This document shows, piece by piece, positions 33,818-42,434 of a stretch of 51,057 nt of DNA; position 1 is the first letter of the stretch, and every line of letters begins with the position of its first letter. Under the pieces are notes generated by a model. The model saw only the letters and a program-made list of their open reading frames with translations, made no database searches and was not told the origin of the DNA. Origin of the DNA: Planctomycetota bacterium. Lineage in GTDB: Bacteria; Planctomycetota; UBA1135; UBA2386. The stretch spans positions 1 to 51,057 of the forward strand of contig JAYZDB010000034.1 of NCBI GenBank assembly GCA_036338025.1, read 5' to 3'. Made by a program: the position numbers and the translations under genes.

Positions 33818-34786
33818 CTACTTCAGATCCGGGTCTTGCTCGGCATCGGCACGCCGGTAGAGCGACGTCGGGATCGGAATAAGGCGAGGTGGCGTCTCTC
33901 CATCAAAATACTTGACCATCTGCCGCACGATCATCCGCCCCATCTTTTTGGGAAACTGGATCGGATCAGCGTAGATCTTGCCTTCCTTGATCGCCTGCTT
34001 GCCAATCTTCTGGCCGTCGAACCCGATCACCTTGATCTGACTCTGCTTGCCTGCGGCCTCGATCGCAGCGACCGCCCCCAGGGCTGACGGGTCATTGATG
34101 GCGAACACGCCGACCAGATCACCGTTCTTTTCGAGCGTATCGGCAGTAGCCCGGGAGCTGGGTTCGCGCGATGCCTCGCCTGGCAACTCCGCCACGATTT
34201 CGATCCGGGCATCTGCCTGGGCTGCGTTGTGCGCATCGATGACCTCCCGGAAACCCTTGACGCGGGCCAGGCACGATTGTGCCACGTCGAAGCTCAGAAC
34301 CAGGATCTTGCCACCCTTGCCGCCCAGCGCTTCGATCATCGCGTAACCAGCCTGCTTGCCACCGGAGTAGTTGTCCGTAGCAACATGACTGACCACCTTG
34401 GCGGACGGGTCGAGACAACCAGTGTCCGCCGTGAAGACTGGAATACCTGCCTTGTTGGCTGCCTTGATCGGGGCACTGACCAACTTGGCATCGCAAGGCG
34501 TGAGTAGGATGGCGTGCACCTTCTTGGCGATGAAGTCCTGCACCTGTCGAGCCTGGTTCTCGGCTTTCTTGTCGCCACTCACGAGCTCGACGTTGAAGTC
34601 GTATTTGGCGGCCTCATCCTGCGCCGCGTGGGCAAGCTCGACAAAAAACGGGTTTTCGGAGGTCATGATCGAAATCCCGATCACCCGTTTCGGATCCGCA
34701 TCGGCACACCCAAAGAGGCATGCCAGCAGCAAGCAGGCGCCAACCTCCGCCAGCCTGATCGATAGTGAGGTAGTGATTCTGATCAT
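33818..34786 (-). CDS. Sugar ABC transporter substrate-binding lipoprotein (RbsB-like periplasmic binding protein)
   Basis: ORF 33818..34831. The start is set to the ATG at 34786 (MIRITTSLSIRLAEVGACLLLACLFGC, a lipobox). Motifs: IGISIMTSENPFFVEL, VHAILLTP, GIPVFTADT, VIGFDGQ. Confidence 0.85.
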   Translation of the reverse strand: MIRITTSLSIRLAEVGACLLLACLFGCADADPKRVIGISIMTSENPFFVELAHAAQDEAAKYDFNVELVSGDKKAENQARQVQDFIAKKVHAILLTPCDAKLVSAPIKAANKAGIPVFTADTGCLDPSAKVVSHVATDNYSGGKQAGYAMIEALGGKGGKILVLSFDVAQSCLARVKGFREVIDAHNAAQADARIEIVAELPGEASREPSSRATADTLEKNGDLVGVFAINDPSALGAVAAIEAAGKQSQIKVIGFDGQKIGKQAIKEGKIYADPIQFPKKMGRMIVRQMVKYFDGETPPRLIPIPTSLYRRADAEQDPDLK

Positions 34787-35039
34787 CAGAGGGACTGCAT
34801 TGCAGCACGCCAGCCCGGGGACATCCACCATTCGTCATTTCTCTCTCTGGTGAAGGCCAAGACAAACCCCGGGCTCGGACCGATACCTCGCAGCGGCTTC
34901 CTGATCATGCAGCATCGCTCGTGAGATATTCCCGAGCCCCAACGCACAACAAGGTCTACGCACCGGGTGAGTGGCCGCTAGCCCGGCCGCGGATAGGAAC
35001 CCTGGATGACCGGATCGAGCCCCGCTAGGCTTGCGGACG

Positions 35040-36293
35040 ATGAGTGATGAGACCCGGATACTCTTGACGAGGCCCGCTGACGCACCCCGCCAGAGCCTCG
35101 CCGAGTACCGCGCCGAGGACGGTTACGTGGCGATCGAAAAGGCGCTCGCGGATGGCACACCTGAGTCACTCATCCAACTCTTGGAAGACGCCGGCCTGCG
35201 CGGCCGTGGAGGGGCGTCCTTTCCCGTCGCTACCAAGTGGCGCCTGGCGGCCAATACCAACGCCGACCAGAAGTTTGTAATCGCCAATGGCGGCGAGCAT
35301 GAGCCGGGCAGCGAAAAGGACAAGTTCCTGGTCGCCCGCTATCCTCACAAGGTACTGGAGGGGATGCTGCTCTGTGGATTCGCGACCGGGGCAAATTTCG
35401 GATACGTCTACCTCATCGAGGACATGGCCGAACAGATCGAGGCTACGGAATCGGCGCTGCAAGAATTGCGTGAAGCGAATCTGTTGGGCGATGGAATTCT
35501 CGGATCGAGCTTCGGGTTTGACATCAAGGTGCACCGGGCCCCTACCACCTACGTTGCCGGCGAGGAAACCGCCGCCATCGACTCGATCAACGGGGGGCCA
35601 GGCAAACCACTGGAGAAACCACCGTACCCCGGCACCGCCGGCGTGCAGGGCAAACCCACCACCGTCAACAACGTTGAGACCCTCGCACACGCCCCTTCGA
35701 TCGTCTGCCACGGCGCTGACTGGTATCGTGCAATTGGGACCGGTAGCAGCCAAGGCACGATGCTGTTCACTCTCGGCGACCAGGTTCACTCACCGGGGGT
35801 CTTCGAACTACCGTTCGGCTGCACGTTTCGCGACGTCATCTATGGCTGTGGCGGCGGCCCAAAGAGCGGCAAGGCGATCCGAGGGATCCTGCCAGCCTTG
35901 TCCTGTGCATACCTTGGCGGAGAACACCTCGATACATCAATCGATCATGACACCCTGCGCGAACTCGGATCCTCGCCGGGGTGCGGCGGTATCACGTTCA
36001 TCGAAGAAGGCGAGGATGCCGTGGCCCGCATCCACGAGATTGCACAGTTCTTCCAAGCCGAACAGTGCGGACAGTGTCCGGCCTGCCGCATGGCAACCAG
36101 CCAGTTCGCCAACATCCTGGCCGGCGTGCAAGCTGGCAAAGGCCCCGGCTACGACGCCCAGATTCACAAGGTCGTGAACTTCTCGAAGGGCAAGGGGCTC
36201 TGCTCCCTGATCGCGATGTCAACCGCCGCGATCACCAGTGGTCTGGAGATATTCGCAGAGGACTTTGCCAGGACCGCCGGCACCAACAGCTAG
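35040..36293 (+). CDS. NuoF-like NADH-binding FMN/[4Fe-4S] flavoprotein (51-kDa subunit family), stand-alone
   Basis: The track start at 35031 is TTG; the ATG at 35040 (MSDETRILL) is more likely. Motifs: GLRGRGGASFPVATKW, NGGEHEPGSEKDK, VAGEETAAIDSING, NNVETLA. The Fe-S motif is EQCGQCPACR...GLCSL. Confidence 0.8.
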   Translation: MSDETRILLTRPADAPRQSLAEYRAEDGYVAIEKALADGTPESLIQLLEDAGLRGRGGASFPVATKWRLAANTNADQKFVIANGGEHEPGSEKDKFLVARYPHKVLEGMLLCGFATGANFGYVYLIEDMAEQIEATESALQELREANLLGDGILGSSFGFDIKVHRAPTTYVAGEETAAIDSINGGPGKPLEKPPYPGTAGVQGKPTTVNNVETLAHAPSIVCHGADWYRAIGTGSSQGTMLFTLGDQVHSPGVFELPFGCTFRDVIYGCGGGPKSGKAIRGILPALSCAYLGGEHLDTSIDHDTLRELGSSPGCGGITFIEEGEDAVARIHEIAQFFQAEQCGQCPACRMATSQFANILAGVQAGKGPGYDAQIHKVVNFSKGKGLCSLIAMSTAAITSGLEIFAEDFARTAGTNS

Positions 36294-36295
36294 TC

Positions 36296-37117
36296 ATGAT
36301 CCCAGCCGAGAACGAGCCGACCGATCTGGTTGACATCGGCGTCAATCTGACCAACAAGGTATTTCAATCCGACTTCCAAGCGGTCATGCAGCGAGCGCGG
36401 GAAGCATCCGTAGGTCGTCAAATCGTCACCGGCACGAGCCTGCGAGAGAGTCAGGCAGCCATCGATCTGGCTGCAGGCCACCCAGGCGAACTGTTCTGCA
36501 CCGTCGGGGTCCACCCCCACAACGCCAAGGACTGCAATGCCGACACGATCCCCGCGCTCAGGGAGATGGCATCCCAGGAGCAGGTTGTCGCAATCGGCGA
36601 ATGCGGACTCGACTACAACCGCGACTTCTCACCGCGCCCAGCACAACTCGAGTGGTTCGAGAAACAAGTGGAACTGTCCATCGAGTTGCAGATGCCCTTG
36701 TTCATTCACGAACGCGACGCGGCCGAACCCATGCTTGGAATTCTGCGTCAGCATCATCAGGGCATCAAGAGGGGCGTCGTGCACTGCTTTACGGGTAATG
36801 CAAAAGCTCTCGCGGCATACCTGGAGCTCGACCTCTATATCGGCATCACCGGGTGGATCTGTGACGAACGACGCGGTCTCGATCTCCGCGAACTCGTCAA
36901 GGAAATCCCTCTCGATCGTCTAATGATCGAAACCGATGCGCCGTACCTTACTCCGCACACGATCGATCCAAAACCCAAGCGAAGCCGCAACGAACCCGCG
37001 TTTCTACGCTACGTGCTTGAAGCCATCGCCTCGAGTACCAACCGGACACCCGCCGAGGTAGCGGTTGCGACTACCAGATCGGCGGAACAGTTTTTTGGCC
37101 TGAAACCGGCCGATTGA
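36296..37117 (+). CDS. tatD: TatD-family metal-dependent hydrolase (3'-5' ssDNA/RNA exonuclease family)
   Basis: ORF 35981..37117. The start is set to the ATG at 36296, 2 nt after the upstream TAG. Motifs: DIGVNLT, VGVHPH, IGECGLDYNRDFS, PLFIHERDA, VHCFTG, IGITGWICD, IETDAPYL. Confidence 0.9.
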   Translation: MIPAENEPTDLVDIGVNLTNKVFQSDFQAVMQRAREASVGRQIVTGTSLRESQAAIDLAAGHPGELFCTVGVHPHNAKDCNADTIPALREMASQEQVVAIGECGLDYNRDFSPRPAQLEWFEKQVELSIELQMPLFIHERDAAEPMLGILRQHHQGIKRGVVHCFTGNAKALAAYLELDLYIGITGWICDERRGLDLRELVKEIPLDRLMIETDAPYLTPHTIDPKPKRSRNEPAFLRYVLEAIASSTNRTPAEVAVATTRSAEQFFGLKPAD

Positions 37118-37700
37118 CCATGCGCTCGACATTGATCAAGTTGGTGATCAAGGTGACACCGGCCTTGTACGCGGCGGGGGTTCCAATCTCCTGGATCAAC
37201 TTGGACGCGACTGGTGCCCACAACGCAGGATCGGCCGCACTGGCAGCCATCTTGGCAGCCCAGGCAACCTCGCGGTTGCCGCACTCCTGCTCTGCCGCAA
37301 GCCCCGCGAGCTGAATACCCGTGTGAGTCCTGATCTGTCTCAGGCCAGCCAGTTCCCCGGCCTCAAACATCCGATCCTGACTCCGCAAAAGCATCGGGAG
37401 CAATTCTCGCACCATGAAGTCGACAAGCAGGGCAATCCGTCGACCCTCCACCAATCGGCTGGCACGGGTATTGATCAGGCGTGGTATCAAGTTGCGCAGG
37501 TAGTAACTGCGCGCGGCATCGTCCGAAATCACGTCGTTGAACGACTGAACTACCGCCCGCAGCACAGGCGACACGCATTCGGGACTATCGCTGTGTTGTT
37601 CTCCGGCGAGCCAGGCAACGCACTCAAGAGCACACATCCCGTCCGTTCTCGAGGCATGGGACCCACGACGGATCGGGTGTTGAGCAAGCAGTGGAGGCAT
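37071..37700 (-). CDS. Hypothetical protein (Cys-containing N-terminal motif, helical remainder)
   Basis: It is the longest ORF in the gap. The N-terminus is GMCALECVAWLAGEQHSDSPECVSPVL. Its 3' end overlaps the tatD 3' end by 47 nt (convergent). I have no family assignment. Confidence 0.55.
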   Translation of the reverse strand: MPPLLAQHPIRRGSHASRTDGMCALECVAWLAGEQHSDSPECVSPVLRAVVQSFNDVISDDAARSYYLRNLIPRLINTRASRLVEGRRIALLVDFMVRELLPMLLRSQDRMFEAGELAGLRQIRTHTGIQLAGLAAEQECGNREVAWAAKMAASAADPALWAPVASKLIQEIGTPAAYKAGVTLITNLINVERMVNRPVSGQKTVPPIW

Positions 37701-37818
37701 GGGCAGGTGGACCGAGGTGACCAGGGACCGCCCGTCATACTAGGCAATCCCCTCGGTCAATGCACGCACCAGGCAACAGACCTTGCCAAGGGATAAGCGA
37801 GCCAGCGGGTCTTGCTGA

Positions 37819-38727
37819 CTAGCTTCCTAAGTCGTGCAATCCAAGCGTCTGGTAAATCCTGCGCGTCGCGGAGGACTTGTTCAACGTGTAGAAGTGCACG
37901 CCTCGAACCCGGTTATCGAGAAGATCCCGACACTGTTCCGTAGCCCAGTCGGTCCCTACCCGCTCAATAGCTGCGCTATCGTCACCACAATGTGACACAG
38001 CTCGGAGGAGCGAGGCAGGGAACCGGGCCCCCGCCGCCAGATCCGCCATCCGCTTCATGCCGCTGACGGATGCGATGGGCATGATGCCGGCAATGATGGG
38101 CACGTCGATTCCCGCCAGCTCACACCGCTCTCGAAAGTCGTAGAAGTCGTGATTGTCGAAGAACAGCTGGGTAACGATGTAGTCAGCCCCAGCATCGACC
38201 TTGGCCTTGAGGTAGTCCATCTCGGCGAGCCTGTTTGGAGTCCCGGGATGACCCTCCGGAAACCCTGCAACACCAATACCAAATCCGCGCGAATCCGGGT
38301 GCGCTCCTGACTCGTTGAATTTCCGGATATACGCAACGAGATCGGCAGCATGCTGGAAAGCATCCATCGAACGATCCCAATCGGATTTGTCCGCTGGCAC
38401 ATCACCACCCAGGGCAAGTACGTTCCCCACGCCGGCCGCCGCGTAGCGCGTCAACACGTCCTTGATCTCATCCTCCTGATGACAAACACAGGTCAGGTGA
38501 GGAACAGTGGTAATCTCAGACTCCGTCTTGATCCGCACGACGAGATCGTGGGTCATTTCGCGCGTCGATCCTCCAGCGCCGTAGGTCACGGAGACAAAAC
38601 TCGGTCTCAGTTTTTCGAGGTCGGTGACTGTGGCGTAGAGGGCTTCCCACGCCTGATCCGTCTTCGGAGGAAAAAACTCGAAGGAGAAGGTTGTCTCGGC
38701 GCTGGCAAACGTGTCTTGGATGTGCAT
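37819..38727 (-). CDS. metF: 5,10-methylenetetrahydrofolate reductase
   Basis: ORF 37819..38772. The start is set to the ATG at 38727 (MHIQDTFASAETTFSFEFFPPKT). Motifs: FVSVTYGAGGSTR, VPHLTC, NVLALGGD, YIVTQLFFD. Confidence 0.9.
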   Translation of the reverse strand: MHIQDTFASAETTFSFEFFPPKTDQAWEALYATVTDLEKLRPSFVSVTYGAGGSTREMTHDLVVRIKTESEITTVPHLTCVCHQEDEIKDVLTRYAAAGVGNVLALGGDVPADKSDWDRSMDAFQHAADLVAYIRKFNESGAHPDSRGFGIGVAGFPEGHPGTPNRLAEMDYLKAKVDAGADYIVTQLFFDNHDFYDFRERCELAGIDVPIIAGIMPIASVSGMKRMADLAAGARFPASLLRAVSHCGDDSAAIERVGTDWATEQCRDLLDNRVRGVHFYTLNKSSATRRIYQTLGLHDLGS

Positions 38728-38971
38728 CGCTATTACCAACTCCAGTATGGGTCGACAGCCAGCTGCTCTCAAGGTTCATCCACCCAACTCGAGACGGAGT
38801 CCCCGTTCACAGATAGGCCAAACCCGGCTGATAGAGTTCAACCCAGCAGGAACGGGGGCCGGCAAGCACCCGACTATCGCCGTGGCTAGCGTTGCAAACT
38901 CACACACCCGGGAATCCGCAGCGTGGATACTCCACCCATGGCACCACCACACATGAAACGGACAGCCAGAC

Positions 38972-39949
38972 CTACTTGCGGCGCCTCTGCTTCATGAACT
39001 TCAGAGCACGTAAGCGCAGCTTCATGCGACGAATCCACTGCTCCGGATGCTTCGCACCCGGCAGTTTTTCGATCGTGGTCAGCGCTTCCTCGAACAACTC
39101 TGCGTTCTCCGTGTTATCTGCGTAGCCGAGAATCACCTGCCAGAACACCGGGGCCTGGCTGTCTGACGGAATGCGTCCGGCGTTCTTCATTGCCACAATA
39201 CGTTCGGCGGCGAGATTGAAACTCGCAGGGTCGTTGTTGTCGATACGGGCCAGGATTTCACGGATCTCCAGCGTTGCCAGACCCTGACGGATAGCCTTCC
39301 GGTGCGTCGGCGAGAGATAGTCCGCGGACTCCAGGACCTTCTGGATCGCACTCGGCTTGAGGTGACCGAGCTGGATCCGGCGAATCAGGAAGTCTGCCTT
39401 GGCCAGCCTGTCACCCTTGGCGGCCCTGGCTCTGAGTTTCGCGTAGCCAGCGACCTCCAACTCCAGGAACTTCTTGACGCCCGCGAGACTGAACTCGCTC
39501 TGAAACAACGCAACTGGTCGACCAGCCTCATCGATCGCAATCATGAATGGGTATCCCTGGCCGTGATACCGTTGCATCAGATCCTGATCAGGATCTCCAT
39601 CGACCTTGGATGTCACGTGGCAAAACAACACCACGGATTCAGCGAGCTTCTGGAATTCACGGGTCGTGAACACTGTGTCTTCAAGGTGCTTACTCGCGGG
39701 CGACGGAGCAAAGGACCGAGTGAAGTAGGCGAGAACCAACTGGTCGGTCCCTGCGGCAAGCTTCTTTGCGGTCACAAACGAAGTTGTCCACACGGACTTT
39801 TGCAGAAACTGCGACTTGAGTTTCTGATCCCGCAAAGCCACGAGTTCAGCCTGTGACTTCGCCTTGACCTCTCCGGTCTGCGCTGGCATTGCAGAGACAC
39901 AAGCCAGAACAGGTGCGGCGAGAACTGCAGCCCGGAACACGGCTATCAC
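38972..39949 (-). CDS. Secreted thioredoxin-fold-like protein with a degenerate SxxS motif plus a helical C-terminal domain (paralog of the next gene)
   Basis: The GTG start at 39949 was verified; it overlaps the upstream TGA (GTGA, 39946-39949). The signal peptide is IAVFRAAVLAAPVLACVSAMPAQ. Motif: LVLAYFTRSFAPSPASKHLE...VVLFCHVTSKV. It aligns without gaps to the 39946..40905 product. Confidence 0.8.
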   Translation of the reverse strand: MIAVFRAAVLAAPVLACVSAMPAQTGEVKAKSQAELVALRDQKLKSQFLQKSVWTTSFVTAKKLAAGTDQLVLAYFTRSFAPSPASKHLEDTVFTTREFQKLAESVVLFCHVTSKVDGDPDQDLMQRYHGQGYPFMIAIDEAGRPVALFQSEFSLAGVKKFLELEVAGYAKLRARAAKGDRLAKADFLIRRIQLGHLKPSAIQKVLESADYLSPTHRKAIRQGLATLEIREILARIDNNDPASFNLAAERIVAMKNAGRIPSDSQAPVFWQVILGYADNTENAELFEEALTTIEKLPGAKHPEQWIRRMKLRLRALKFMKQRRRK

Positions 39950-40905
39950 TTGTCGGCCTTTTGAATCGATTGGAGTCTCTTCTGATTGGTCTCGGCGAAC
40001 TTCTTGCTCGTGATGCCTGTTGCCTTGATAGCCGTAAAGGCGATGGCAAAGGCGCTGGCATCCTTGCGGAGATATGCATCCTCCATGACTACCCGCCAGG
40101 CTGCAATACCAGCCGGCCCCTCGGGCAGTCCAAACTCTCGGTGCTGTGCCAGCAACTTCTTGGCGTAGGGGCCGAAGGTCTCAGGCCTGCTGCTATCGAT
40201 ACCTTTCAAGCACTCTGCCGTCTGCGCGTCGACAAACATCTCCCGTACCGCCTCCCGCTGGAAGCTGTTGAGAATCGAACCGGTAGCGATGGCCTCGCGC
40301 ATTTCAACGCGGGTGAGATGCCCTCTGTCAAAGCGGGCCATCAAGAAAGTCGCCTTGGCTTTCTTGCCGCCCTTGCTGGCCTTCTTCTTGAGTTTGTAGA
40401 ACGCAGCTACTTCACCCGACATGACTGCCTCAATCGCTACAGCCCCGTCAACTCGCAATGCAGAGGTCTCAACCCGGGCGATGAACCGCCCCCCCGAATC
40501 AAAGATCGCCGCCTGCGGCCAGCCCATTCCGACTTTGAGAAACAGCTCAGGGTATTTCTCACCTCGGATCTTGGAAGCGATGTGCACGAAGGGCACGACC
40601 TTCTTGGCAAGCATCGCAAAGGCATCGCTGGAGAGCGGACCGCGCTCCAGTCTCACGCAAGGAGGTCAAGGAGCGAACGACCGGGTGAAGTAGACAAGGA
40701 TGTGTTGCCTGGTTTTCTTGGCAAGCGCCTGTGCCTTGTCGAAATCTGTCTGCCAGGCGGCCTTCTGGAGAAACCCGGAAGCGAGTTTTTTCTTCCGCAG
40801 TTCGATCAGCTTTTCCTGGGACGCAGCCTGTCCAACAAGGTCGGGAGCAGCAACAAGAAGAAAAAAGATCGAACCGATCGGCAAGATCCAAGTCTGGTTG
40901 AACAT
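39946..40905 (-). CDS. Candidate selenoprotein: secreted thioredoxin-fold-like protein with a U-P-P-C motif (in-frame TGA at 40666-40668)
   Basis: Track ORFs 40666..40905 (ATG, signal/TM segment ILPIGSIFFLLVAAPDLVGQ, ends ILVYFTRSFAP-TGA) and 39946..40656 (GTG) are in the same frame, separated only by TGA CCT CCT TGC. Reading through gives FAP-U-PPC-VRLE. The paralog alignment continues across the stop, and a hairpin lies 15 nt downstream. The alternative is a nonsense-disrupted pseudogene. Confidence 0.6.
40628..40650 (-). promoter_or_regulatory. SECIS-like stem-loop downstream of the in-frame UGA
   Basis: The mRNA reads UGA CCUCCUUGCGUGAGA CUGGAG-C-GCG-GUC-CGC-U-CUCCAG. It has a 6-bp stem plus a 3-bp stem around one C/U mismatch, and a GGU in the apical region 28-30 nt from the U of UGA. 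Confidence 0.5.
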
Positions 40906-41172
40906 ATTTCAGCGAGTGGGCAAGTGGGGATTGAGCCTTCTGAGGATACGCCGCCTGACCCAGATCTCCATGCGGTCAAGCTACTGTTTCAGCATATCGA
41001 GGGATTGTTCCGGAACATCCAGTCAGCCTCCGGACAGAGCCAGCAGCAACACGACATTCGGATTCCTCGTTGTTCAGATGGTGGGGTTTATCTACGACTG
41101 ACTTATCGAATCGTACCAAATCCTCATCGCGCCTGCTGCGATTCCAGCCTGACCCCGAATCTGAGCCTACCG

Positions 41173-42282
41173 TTGACCCAGTTCCAAGCCTTTGCAGTCT
41201 GCCCACCTGGCCTGGAACGATTGCTCGCCACAGAGCTGCGAGGCATCGATCTCTCCGCAACCACCGAGATGGCTGGCGGTGTGGCATTTGAATGCGATCT
41301 CGATGGTCTCTATCGCGCCAACCTCGAAGCCGGTCTGGCCAGCCAGATCCTGCTACGAATCTCGGAATTTGGGGCTCGCAGCCTGGCCGATCTAGACAAG
41401 CGCGGAGCCCGCATCGACTGGTCGCAGTGGCTACCCAGGGGTATCCCGGTTGTCGTCAAGGCGAGTTGCAAGCGCTCGCGGATCTACCATTCAGGAGCCG
41501 CTGAAGAACGCGTCCTGAAACACCTGTCCGAACAACTCGAGCCGAGCGAGTCGGATGCGACCCCGGTCCTTGTCCGGGTCCGCATCGATGACAACCGGTG
41601 CCAGATCTCCCTCGATAGCTCGGGTGAGCCTTTGCATCGTCGCGGCTGGCGTTTGCAGAGCGGCAAGGCGCCGCTTCGGGAAGACCTCGCCCGGGCTCTT
41701 CTACTGGCGTCCGGCTGGGACCGCCGCAGCCCGTTGATCGATCCGATGATGGGCTCGGGCACCATCCTGATCGAGGCCGCGGCGATGGCCCGCGGGCTGG
41801 CTCCAGGGCGAATGCGGACCTTTGCGATCGAGAAATTCGGGATACACGACCCACAACGACTGGTAGCGATCCGCGATTCCGCAGCTCAGCGTGCCCTGTC
41901 GGACCTACCGTTCAAACTATTCGGCAGCGACCGGGACGCTGGCGCCCTCGAGGCCACCAGCGCCAACGCGGAACGAGCTGGCGTCATCGAGGATCTCCAG
42001 CTACGTCGCAGCAGCTTGTCAGGGTGCCTGGATGATCTCGAAGGCGATGCGGTCCACGCACTGGTCACAAATCCACCGTATGGCAAGCGCCTGGGCAATG
42101 CCGACGAACTCATCACCCTCTACCAGGTACTCGGGAAGATCGTCGGCCAACTGACGGCCACATCATGTGTCGCGGTCGCCGCCAACGATCGGCGGCTGGC
42201 ATTGCGCAGCGGGTTGAAATTGAAGACCGGGTTCTCGGCCGACAGCGGAGGATCGAGAATCCGAGCCTTGGTACGAGTCTGA
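41173..42282 (+). CDS. THUMP-domain class I SAM-dependent RNA methyltransferase (UPF0020 / RlmL-N-like)
   Basis: ORF 39889..42282 is antisense to the thioredoxin-like genes over its first ~1.0 kb (39889..40905), and 40906..41172 appears non-coding. The proposed TTG start at 41173 (TQFQAFAVCPPGLERLLATEL) is uncertain; CTG 41161 and ATG 41269 are alternatives. Motifs: DPMMGSGTILIEAA and LVTNPPYG. Confidence 0.75.
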   Translation: MTQFQAFAVCPPGLERLLATELRGIDLSATTEMAGGVAFECDLDGLYRANLEAGLASQILLRISEFGARSLADLDKRGARIDWSQWLPRGIPVVVKASCKRSRIYHSGAAEERVLKHLSEQLEPSESDATPVLVRVRIDDNRCQISLDSSGEPLHRRGWRLQSGKAPLREDLARALLLASGWDRRSPLIDPMMGSGTILIEAAAMARGLAPGRMRTFAIEKFGIHDPQRLVAIRDSAAQRALSDLPFKLFGSDRDAGALEATSANAERAGVIEDLQLRRSSLSGCLDDLEGDAVHALVTNPPYGKRLGNADELITLYQVLGKIVGQLTATSCVAVAANDRRLALRSGLKLKTGFSADSGGSRIRALVRV

Positions 42283-42434
42283 GTCCGAGGCTCTCGGCAT
42301 GAGCGAGGTCTGTATCGACATCGCGGATCTCTCCAGCGTGCACATCCCATCCGCAGTAATTGGAACTTCCCCCTGGCTGCTTCAGATTGACTCCTCTGGT
42401 GTTTTGTGCGAGGTGTCGCCGTCACGCGCCTTGT

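Noticed and set aside
38728-38971. A possible SAM/SAH-type riboswitch in the metF leader
   Set aside because: I wrote out the minus-strand leader and looked for the conserved cores I remember (an SAH-type GGCUC/GCGCCA pseudoknot and SAM-II-like motifs). I found none, and no convincing structure.
39889-41172. The 5' 1.3 kb of track ORF 39889..42282 (797 aa)
   Set aside because: It is a shadow ORF antisense to the two thioredoxin-like genes, with no recognisable domains. The THUMP domain begins only at about 41173.
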